From Pseudomonadota bacterium (GTDB taxonomy: Bacteria; Myxococcota_A; UBA9042): DNA of 40,083 bases. The notes beneath the pieces are model-generated. The model did not search any database and was not told where the DNA came from. It was given only the letters and a program-made list of their open reading frames with translations. Below, piece after piece: positions 33,263 to 40,083 of this stretch. The translations under genes and the position numbers were made by a program. The DNA lies in the NCBI GenBank assembly GCA_005777155.1, contig SXNM01000103.1, positions 1 through 40,083 on the forward strand, read 5' to 3'. Numbering within the stretch: position 1 is the first letter of the stretch; every line of letters starts with the position of its first letter.

Positions 33263-34341
33263 AAGCGCCTGGCCGGTCGTGCCCCGCGGTCTCCGTCGTC
33301 CTCGCCGGCGCCGCGCTCTCGGCCCTGTGCGGCTGCCGAGGACCGTCCGCCGCTCCGCCGCCGCCGGAGCTCTTCGCCCCCGCCCCTGCCGCGCCCGACG
33401 CTGCCGTCGCAGCCCGCCCGGACGCTGCCGCTGCCGTCTCGCCGTCGCGGTCCGGCGCCGACGCCGGAGGCCAGGGCGCAGCCGTCCCCACGGGCGCCAA
33501 GATCGCTGACGCCCTGCGGCCAGGCGAAGACCCCGCTCGCATCGCTACGCCGAGCGCTGTGCCAGACTCCGATGCGGTGTTCGCCTCAATTCTTGTCGCC
33601 TGGCAGGGATCGCTGCCCGACCCGCGGCTCCGGCGTACACCCGAGCAGGCCGCCGACGAGGCCGAGCGAATCTTGCACTTGGCGCGCCAGCGGGGCGCCG
33701 ACTTCTTCGCCCTCATGGCGGCTCACACCGACGATCCGGGCGACGGCGTCTACCGGGTCGATGCCGTCAGCGCCGGCCGCCTGCCGCCCAGCCTCGCCCA
33801 GCTCGCCCTGCGTCTGCGGCCCGGCCAGATCGACCGCGCCCGCAGCCGCTTCGGTTGGCACGTAATGCGCCGCCTCGCCGCCGACGAACGCCCGCCGCCG
33901 CGGCCGCCCATCGACCTCTGCCCCGGCCCTTGCCCGCGCGCCGACGAGGACGCCAACGCCTGCTCCGACTTCGAGGCGGCGTCCGCCGAGTCTGCCGAAG
34001 TCGACGCCATCCTCATCGCCTGGCGCGGCGCAAAGGGCGGCGCTGGCCCGGACCGCAGCATCGCCGAGGCACGCGCCCTCGCCGCCGAGCTCTGCCACAC
34101 CGCCCGCGGTCGCGGCTCCGATTTCGCGGCCTTGCGCGCTGAGCACTCGGACGATCCCAGTCCAGGCCGGCACCGTGTGCAGACCGACTCGCCGCTGGCG
34201 CCGGCGTTCGTCCGCATGGCCCTGCGGCTGCGTGCCGGCGGCGTTGGCCTCGTCGAGACAGGCGTCGGGCTGTGGCTGATGCGGCGGGTCGGCGCCCCCG
34301 CCCCGGCCGCTGGCGCCGCCAAGGCCCCGGCCGGTCGCTGA
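33259..34341 (+). CDS. Lipoprotein with two parvulin (PpiC)-type PPIase-like domains
   Basis: GTG 33259 overlaps upstream TGA. Lipobox-like ALCG-C and Pro/Ala linker. Two repeats of ILxAWxG...RT/RS..EA...DFxAL..xHxDDP...ALRLRxG...[SRFGWHVMRR / TGVGLWLMRR]. Confidence 0.8.
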   Translation: MKAPGRSCPAVSVVLAGAALSALCGCRGPSAAPPPPELFAPAPAAPDAAVAARPDAAAAVSPSRSGADAGGQGAAVPTGAKIADALRPGEDPARIATPSAVPDSDAVFASILVAWQGSLPDPRLRRTPEQAADEAERILHLARQRGADFFALMAAHTDDPGDGVYRVDAVSAGRLPPSLAQLALRLRPGQIDRARSRFGWHVMRRLAADERPPPRPPIDLCPGPCPRADEDANACSDFEAASAESAEVDAILIAWRGAKGGAGPDRSIAEARALAAELCHTARGRGSDFAALRAEHSDDPSPGRHRVQTDSPLAPAFVRMALRLRAGGVGLVETGVGLWLMRRVGAPAPAAGAAKAPAGR

Positions 34342-34521
34342 CGGTCGAGACTGGTGGCTGTTGGGTAGGCTCGTCGCGCGCCGGGTCGGCAACGCTGCGG
34401 CTGCGTCGCTCGGGGTCCACCTCGCGCAGCGAACGCTTCACCTTCGCGCCTTGCCTTGCGCGCTGCCCCCTTGGGGAGAGGTTGAGCCGAGCCAGCAAGA
34501 GCTGGCAAGCGACCGGAAGAT

Positions 34522-36399
34522 TCAGCGCGCCGCCAGCCGTGTCGGCGCCGGTGCCACGCCGCCGAGCGCCACGCGCAGCCCGACCAGGTTGAAGGCGTTG
34601 GCGAGGTCGCGACGGCTCTGGCGGTGCCGCAGCCGCTCGGTCATGGCGGAGACCGCAGGGGCGTCGACCCAGTCGTAGAAGCCGTCGTCGCGGCGGCTGT
34701 CGAGCTCGTCGAGGATCGCCGCGCCGCCGCGCTGCCACGCCCGCAGCGGTGGCTCCAGCTCGGTGGTTGAGCCGCGTACGACGCCGCCCGGCCGCCACTG
34801 GGTGAGCGTCAGGTGGGGCGCCCAGCGCTGCCGGGCGAAGGGCTGGCGCCACAGCCAGTCATCGCAGCGCCGCGTCAGCTCGAAGTGGACGCGGTCGGTC
34901 TGGCGGTCAAGCCAAGGCAGCGCGAGGTAGCGCGCCAGCCCGGTGCGCAAGGCGAGCGGGTGCAGCCACAGGTGCGCCACACCGTCGGCCTGCATCGCCT
35001 GTCCGACCCAGCGCTGCATGCGGCACTCGCGGTGCCAGCGGTCGTGCAGCGCGAGTCCCGGCACTCCGGCGGTCAGCAGCGGCTCGAGCCAAGCCAGCAT
35101 CTCGTCGGCGAGCACCCGGTGGGCGCGCGGACTCAGCAGGCCCCAGCGGTTGAGCCAGCCAGGGCTCGCGTAGAAGCGGCGGGCGGCATCGGCGCTGAGG
35201 CCCAGCCGCAGCTGCGCATGGCCCCGAAAGATCTCGCCATAGTTGCCGCCGATCGTCGAGCCGCGCGCCAGCGTATGCCAGCCCTTGCGGTCGAAGGCGC
35301 CAAAGACCAGCTCGACCTGGGCGTTGTGCAGCGCCAGCGACTCCTGCCAGTCGAGGCTCTCTATCACCGTCTCGCGGTAGCGGACGCCGAGGCCAAAGTG
35401 GCTCGCCAGCTGGACGCAGACGCGGGCGTCAGGGTGCTCGGGGACGCCCTCGAAATAGCAGCCGCGCACGCTCGGCAGCGCGCCCGCAGCGACTAGGCCG
35501 GCCAGCACGAGTCGACTGTCCTTGCCGCCGGTCAGCGTCATCTCGAAGCGCACGTCGGGCAGCCGGGCGATCTGACGGCAGCGCCGCTGCAGCTCCTCGG
35601 CCAGCACCTGCCAGTCGTCGGCGGCGCCTGGCGCTGGCGCGGGCTCGGGCCGGGCGAGCAGACGCAGCGGCGGCTCTGGGTGGGGGGTGGTGGGCGCGTC
35701 GCGCCGAAGCGTGTGGTGCGGCCCGAGCAGCTCCACGTCGGCGAAGGCGCTCTTGGTGCCGATCGGGGCCCGCGGGCCGCTGGCTAGCCACGCCAGCACT
35801 TCAGGGCGCGCCGCGGGCAACGTGCCGCCGTGCAGCGCCGCCGCCGCCATCATCGCCCGGTTGGAGATGGCGGTCCAAGGGCCGCGCCGGCCATAGTAGA
35901 GGTGCGAGGTGCCGAGCAGGTCGTTGCCAGCGGCGAAGGCGCCGTCGCGGCCGTAGTGCAGCACGATGCCGTCGCCCTCGAGTCCGGCGAGCGTCGCCTC
36001 TAGTCCCCGCCGCTGAACCTCGTCGTGCAGCACAGCCGCGACCGAGCGATCGAGGCCTGCGCCCGCAGGCTCGACCCACCAGCCGTGGTAGGCGAGCGCG
36101 TCGCCACTGCTGGCGTCGGGGTTGGGGCCTGGTTCGTCGCCCTCGACGTGCCAGTAGGAGCCGCGGGCCGCCTCGTCGTAGACGCTCCATAGGGCGAGGC
36201 TGCCGCCGTTGCGCTCGATGACGCGGTCGCGCTCTGGCACGAACGGCAGCCACCGCGCGGCCTTGGCCATGAGCGCTGCCCGCTCTGGCTCCGGCCCGAA
36301 CAGCATTAGGAAGCAGGCGCCCAGCGAGACCTCATGGCGGATGCGGTGGGTTGGGTCGCGGCGCTCCTTGGCTGCCTGCGTCGGCTGCGTCGCCGCCAA
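34522..36399 (-). CDS. Asparagine synthase-like (ATP pyrophosphatase) protein
   Basis: PP-loop motif LTGGKDSRLVL; Ntn-like N-terminal remnants (GDG..., NDLLGTSHLYY, AISNR); IGGNYGEIFRG. True start may be ATG at 36306 or nearby. Confidence 0.75.
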   Translation of the reverse strand: MAATQPTQAAKERRDPTHRIRHEVSLGACFLMLFGPEPERAALMAKAARWLPFVPERDRVIERNGGSLALWSVYDEAARGSYWHVEGDEPGPNPDASSGDALAYHGWWVEPAGAGLDRSVAAVLHDEVQRRGLEATLAGLEGDGIVLHYGRDGAFAAGNDLLGTSHLYYGRRGPWTAISNRAMMAAAALHGGTLPAARPEVLAWLASGPRAPIGTKSAFADVELLGPHHTLRRDAPTTPHPEPPLRLLARPEPAPAPGAADDWQVLAEELQRRCRQIARLPDVRFEMTLTGGKDSRLVLAGLVAAGALPSVRGCYFEGVPEHPDARVCVQLASHFGLGVRYRETVIESLDWQESLALHNAQVELVFGAFDRKGWHTLARGSTIGGNYGEIFRGHAQLRLGLSADAARRFYASPGWLNRWGLLSPRAHRVLADEMLAWLEPLLTAGVPGLALHDRWHRECRMQRWVGQAMQADGVAHLWLHPLALRTGLARYLALPWLDRQTDRVHFELTRRCDDWLWRQPFARQRWAPHLTLTQWRPGGVVRGSTTELEPPLRAWQRGGAAILDELDSRRDDGFYDWVDAPAVSAMTERLRHRQSRRDLANAFNLVGLRVALGGVAPAPTRLAAR

Positions 36400-36434
36400 G
36401 CGTCAGTGTGGGCCATGCGCTGGCCGGTGACTAC

Positions 36435-36716
36435 CCTCCGTTGGGTCGGGCCGTCGAATCGTCCGGCACCTACGGAGGCGCACCTACGGAGGCGCACCTA
36501 CGGAGGCGTGCTGGGCCGTCCGTCGAATCGTCCGGCACCTACGGAGGCACCTACGGAGGCGGCACCTACGGAGGCGCGCTGGGCCGTCCGTCGAATCGTC
36601 CGGCACCTACGGAGGCAGCACCTACGGAGGCGCCACCTACGGAGGCGCGCTGGGCCGTCCGTCGAATCGTCCGGCACCTACGGAGGCAGCACCTACGAAC
36701 GCGCACCTACGAACGC
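36435..36716. repeat. Nested non-coding tandem array: four ~70-bp units, each a 24-25-nt head plus three CACCTACG(GAGG) subunits
   Basis: Units start at 36441, 36511, 36579 and 36650. Head CTGGGCCGTCCGTCGAATCGTCCG is identical in units 2-4. Ten CACCTACGGAGG plus two CACCTACGAACG copies. Lies between divergent genes. Confidence 0.93.
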
Positions 36717-36725
36717 CCAAGCCAA

Positions 36726-36754
36726 TCGACGCGCGGTCGCAGCGCTGCTACACT
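36726..36754 (+). promoter_or_regulatory. Putative sigma70-type promoter of pheS
   Basis: TCGACG (36726-36731), 17-nt spacer, TACACT (36749-36754) with extended -10 TG (36746-36747); 41 nt before ATG 36796. Confidence 0.5.
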
Positions 36755-36795
36755 CGCGCGCCCGCGGGCCTTTCGCCGCGGTCTGGAGCGCAGAC

Positions 36796-37899
36796 ATGAC
36801 GCCGCCGCCCTGGAAGGCCGAGATCGACGCCCTCGTCGTTGAGCTGTTGGCCGCGGCCGCCGCCGCGCCAGACGCCGCGGCCCTGCGCGCGATCGAGGTC
36901 GACGCCCTCGGCAAGAAGGGCTCCGTCACCGCGTTGTCCAAGGGCATCGCGGCCTTGCCAGCCGAAGCCCGCCGCGACTATGGGGCCGCCGTCACGGCCG
37001 CACGGGCCAGCGTCGAGGCCGCGCTCGCCGCCCGTGGCGAAGGCATGCGCGCTGACCGCCTCGCCGCAGAGCTGGCTGATCGCAGCTTCGACGAGACCCT
37101 GCCCGGCGCGCCAGCGCCGTCAGGCGCTGTCCATCCGTTGGCGCTGGTCCAGGCACAGCTCGAAGACGTCTTTCGTTCCATGGGCTTCTCCGTGCTCGAC
37201 TACCCAGAAGTGGACAGCGAGTACAGCAATTTCGAGGCCCTCAACATCCCGTCCTGGCACCCGGCCCGCGACATGCAGGACACCTTCTGGCTCGAGCCCT
37301 TCGCCGACGCCGATGGCGCGCCCGGCCGCGCCCACCTGCTGCGCACCCACACCTCAGCCGGTCAGGTGCGGACGATGCACCGCTTCCCCAATCAGCCGAT
37401 TCGCGCCGTCTTTCCGGGCCGCGTCTTTCGCTACGAGGCGGTCGACGCCAGCCACGAGCACACCTTCCATCAGGTCGAGGGCCTGATGATCGACCGCGCA
37501 CCGCCCGAAGGACCCGGCGTCTCGGTCGGCCATCTGCTCTTCGCCATGCGGACTCTGCTCGAGGCGGTCTTCGGCGAGGCGGTTGAGGTGCGGCTGCGGC
37601 CGGGCTATTTCCCCTTCGTCGAGCCGGGGTTCGAGCTCGATATCCGCTGCCGTGTCTGCCGCGGCGCCGGCTGCCAGGTGTGCAAGTACAGCGGCTGGCT
37701 TGAGCTGCTGCCGTGCGGGCTTATCCACCCCAACGTGCTGCGGATGGGAGGGTTCGACCCGGCGCGCTGGCAAGGCTGGGCCTTCGGGCTTGGCTTGTCG
37801 CGCTTGGTCATGATGCGCCATCAAATCCGCGACATCCGACTGTTGCTCGGCGGCGATGCCCGCTTCGTCGCCCCTGTCGCCGCCGGCAGCGCCGGCTGA
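36796..37899 (+). CDS. pheS: Phenylalanine--tRNA ligase alpha subunit
   Basis: LGKKG, NFEALNIPSWHPARDMQDTF, LLRTHTS, PGRVFR...HTFHQVEGL, YFPFVEPG, CxxCxGxGCxxCK and GWAFGLG. ATG 36796 after GGAG (the track's extension to 36334 runs through the repeat array). Confidence 0.97.
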   Translation: MTPPPWKAEIDALVVELLAAAAAAPDAAALRAIEVDALGKKGSVTALSKGIAALPAEARRDYGAAVTAARASVEAALAARGEGMRADRLAAELADRSFDETLPGAPAPSGAVHPLALVQAQLEDVFRSMGFSVLDYPEVDSEYSNFEALNIPSWHPARDMQDTFWLEPFADADGAPGRAHLLRTHTSAGQVRTMHRFPNQPIRAVFPGRVFRYEAVDASHEHTFHQVEGLMIDRAPPEGPGVSVGHLLFAMRTLLEAVFGEAVEVRLRPGYFPFVEPGFELDIRCRVCRGAGCQVCKYSGWLELLPCGLIHPNVLRMGGFDPARWQGWAFGLGLSRLVMMRHQIRDIRLLLGGDARFVAPVAAGSAG

Positions 37900-37999
37900 G
37901 CTCCGACCCGACCCACACCACCTGACGGCGCGCCGCGATGTCGACGCCGACCTGGCCCGGCGCGGCGCCTCCCCGCTGGACTGCCCCTGGAGCCCTCGC

Positions 38000-40083
38000 A
38001 TGTACGTGTCCTGGCGCTGGATCGGCGAGATGGTCGACCTCCGCGGCACCCCCGCCGAGGACCCGCGCGCCTTCGTCGATCGCTTCGTGCTGGCGGTCGC
38101 CGAGATCGATGGCGTCCATGTGCGCGGCGCTGGCCTCGAGGGAGTGCGACTGGGCCGCGTCGTCACCCTTCGGCCGCACCCCAACGCCGACAAGCTGCGC
38201 ATCGTCGGAGTCGATCTCGGCGGCGCCGAGCCGGTCGAGGTGGTCTGCGGCGCCGCCAACGTCGAGGTCGGCGCTGGCGTCGCGTTCGTGCCGCCAGGCG
38301 TCGCGCTGCCGAACGGGCTCACGGTGCGCGACGGCGAGGTGCGAGGCGTCGCCTCGCCGGGGATGCTGGCCTCGGAGCGCGAGCTTGGCCTGTCCGACGA
38401 CCACGAGGGCCTGCTGCGCCTGGACGACTGCGACGCCGCGCCGGGCACGCCGCTGCTGCAGGCGGCGCCGATCGCCGACGTGCTCTACGAGATCGACAAC
38501 AAGAGCGTCACCCATCGCCCCGACCTCTGGGGCCATATCGGCTTCGCCCGCGAGGTGGCGGCTCTCCTCGATCGCCCGCTGCGCCTGCCCGACGACACGG
38601 TGCAGCCGACCGCGACCCCGCCGCTCGCCCATGGCGTGGTCGTGACGTCGAGGGCGTGTCACCGCTACCTCGCCGCCCGCGTCGCCGGCGTCACTGTCGC
38701 GCCGTCGCCCCTCGCGGCGCGCTTGCGGCTGCGCAGCCTCGGCGTGCGGCCGATCAACAACGTCGTCGACGCCACCAACCTCGTGATGCTCGAGACCGGC
38801 AACCCGCTGCACGCCTTTGACGCCGCAGTGCTGCGCGGCGAGCGCGTCGTGGTGCGCCCGGCGACGACGGGCGAGGCGCTGACGACGCTCGACGGCCAGG
38901 TGCGGCGCTTGCAGCCGAGAGACGTCGTGATCGCGGACGGCGAGGGCCCGATCGCGCTCGCCGGCGTCATGGGCGGCGCCGACTCCGAGATTCGCCCGCA
39001 GACGCAGCAGGTCCGGCTGGAGGCGGCCAGCTTTGATGGCGCGACGATTCGCAAGACCAGCGCCCGGCTGGGCCTGCGCAGCGAGAGCAGCGCGCGCTTC
39101 GAGAAGGGCCTGGCGACTGAGATGGCTGCCTACGCAGCCCTCCGCTTCATCCGCACCCTCGGCGCGCTCTGCCCGACCGCCCACCTCGCGTCCGCGATCG
39201 CCGACGAGGGCGCCGCCGCCGGTATGGTCCCGAGTCCGCCGCAGATCGCCACGAGCTACGGCGCGCTACGTCAGCGCCTCGGCCTCGACGCCATCGCGCT
39301 GCCTGACGGGCGCATCGCCGCGATCTTCCAGGCGCTCGGCTGCGTGGTCGCCGCAGACTCAAGGGCCGGCGCCGCAACCGCCGCCATCTCGGTCGGTGTG
39401 CCGTGGTGGCGCGCCGGGCGCGACCTGACGCAGGCAGAAGACCTCGTCGAGGAGATCGGCCGCCAGTACGGCTATGACCGCATCCCTTCGCAGCCGGTCG
39501 CGATCTTGGCGGCGCCGACGCCGCTGCCGGCGATGCGCGGCCTCGAACGCCAGCTGCGCGCCGTGCTGTCCCTGGCGCGCGGCCTCTCCGAGGTCCACCA
39601 GTACTCCTTTGACCATGAGCCGACGCGGGCGCGGCTGCAGCTGCAGAGCAGGGATGGCACCGGCGCTGAGCTGCCTCGCCTGCGCCTGCGGAACACGCTG
39701 TCGAGCGAAAACGTGGCGTTGCGGCGCGACCTCGCCTCCGGGCTGCTGGCGGCGCTCGAGCGCAACCTGAGCCATGGCCTCGTCGGCCAGGCGGCGCAGC
39801 GCGGACTGCGCGTCGGCCTCTTCGAGCTGGGCCGCGCCTACCTGCCCGAGCAGCCGGCGCGCCTCATCGACGACGACACCAGCGTCGACTTCGGACTGCC
39901 ACCGGCGCTGACCGGCGCCAAAGTCGCCTCGGCGCGCGACAGCTACCTCGACCTGCTCGCCGGGGGCGTCGGCGGCGACATCCTGCAGCACGACGCCGTC
40001 ACGGCCGCCGCTGGCCGCTCGCCGCTGCCGCGAGAGCCGCGACGCCTCGCCATCGCGCTCGGTGAGCGCCTCGGCGGCGACGA
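38000..40083 (+). CDS. pheT: Phenylalanine--tRNA ligase beta subunit (3' truncated by window end)
   Basis: Absent from the track because it has no stop. ATG 38000 after GGAG: MYVSWRWIGEMVDL...HPNADKL...VVCGAANV...RPDLWGHIGFARE...VVDATNLVMLETGNPLHAFD...LAGVMGG...RFEKG...DLVEEIGRQYGYD...LFELGR. Confidence 0.96.
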   Translation, partial: MYVSWRWIGEMVDLRGTPAEDPRAFVDRFVLAVAEIDGVHVRGAGLEGVRLGRVVTLRPHPNADKLRIVGVDLGGAEPVEVVCGAANVEVGAGVAFVPPGVALPNGLTVRDGEVRGVASPGMLASERELGLSDDHEGLLRLDDCDAAPGTPLLQAAPIADVLYEIDNKSVTHRPDLWGHIGFAREVAALLDRPLRLPDDTVQPTATPPLAHGVVVTSRACHRYLAARVAGVTVAPSPLAARLRLRSLGVRPINNVVDATNLVMLETGNPLHAFDAAVLRGERVVVRPATTGEALTTLDGQVRRLQPRDVVIADGEGPIALAGVMGGADSEIRPQTQQVRLEAASFDGATIRKTSARLGLRSESSARFEKGLATEMAAYAALRFIRTLGALCPTAHLASAIADEGAAAGMVPSPPQIATSYGALRQRLGLDAIALPDGRIAAIFQALGCVVAADSRAGAATAAISVGVPWWRAGRDLTQAEDLVEEIGRQYGYDRIPSQPVAILAAPTPLPAMRGLERQLRAVLSLARGLSEVHQYSFDHEPTRARLQLQSRDGTGAELPRLRLRNTLSSENVALRRDLASGLLAALERNLSHGLVGQAAQRGLRVGLFELGRAYLPEQPARLIDDDTSVDFGLPPALTGAKVASARDSYLDLLAGGVGGDILQHDAVTAAAGRSPLPREPRRLAIALGERLGGD

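Noticed and set aside
34491-34506. Hairpin GCCAGC-AAGA-GCTGGC between convergent genes as an intrinsic terminator
   Set aside because: Only a 6-bp stem, with no convincing U-tract on either strand.
34522-36399. Lasso peptide cyclase cluster
   Set aside because: No transglutaminase-like peptidase, RRE or precursor is seen nearby.
36511-36690. CRISPR-like pattern (38-nt identical repeats about 30 nt apart)
   Set aside because: The 'spacers' are made of the same CACCTACGGAGG subunit rather than unique sequence, and no cas genes are in the window.
36334-36795. N-terminal extension of PheS, or a repetitive peptide/RiPP precursor ORF (36351..36842) across the array
   Set aside because: Unit lengths are not multiples of three, so the peptide repeats change frame. 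PheS homology, an RBS and a putative promoter all point to ATG 36796.
37808-39991. Track ORFs overlapping this region on both strands
   Set aside because: The region is explained by pheT starting at 38000, which the track omits because it has no stop in the window.

Overview
High-GC (about 70% by eye) bacterial window. MYXO-CTERM-like sorting tails and giant Cys/Asp-rich lipoproteins point to a Myxococcota-type genome (inference). Most of the window is a + strand cell-surface locus. It holds four modular Cys-rich lipoprotein genes (619-3324, 12802-19848, 21382-26640, 26637-31334) with shared repeat stalks but different tips, and a radical SAM gene. It also holds a two-gene carbohydrate module: a 1939-aa ORF (six CBM-like domains, an internal MYXO-CTERM-like signal, a second lipoprotein-like signal, then a clan GH-A-like hydrolase) coupled to a CBM plus degenerate deacetylase protein with a terminal MYXO-CTERM. 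An ethanolamine permease, an SLC13/TrkA-C transporter and a double-parvulin lipoprotein are interspersed. At the right end are an asparagine-synthase-like gene (- strand), a nested non-coding repeat array (36435-36716) and pheS-pheT (pheT runs off the end). The best novelty candidates are the apparent bacterial polyprotein with back-to-back internal sorting signals, the hierarchical GGA/GTAG repeat array, and the variable-tip Cys-rich protein family. All domain calls are by motif recognition; no searches were run.
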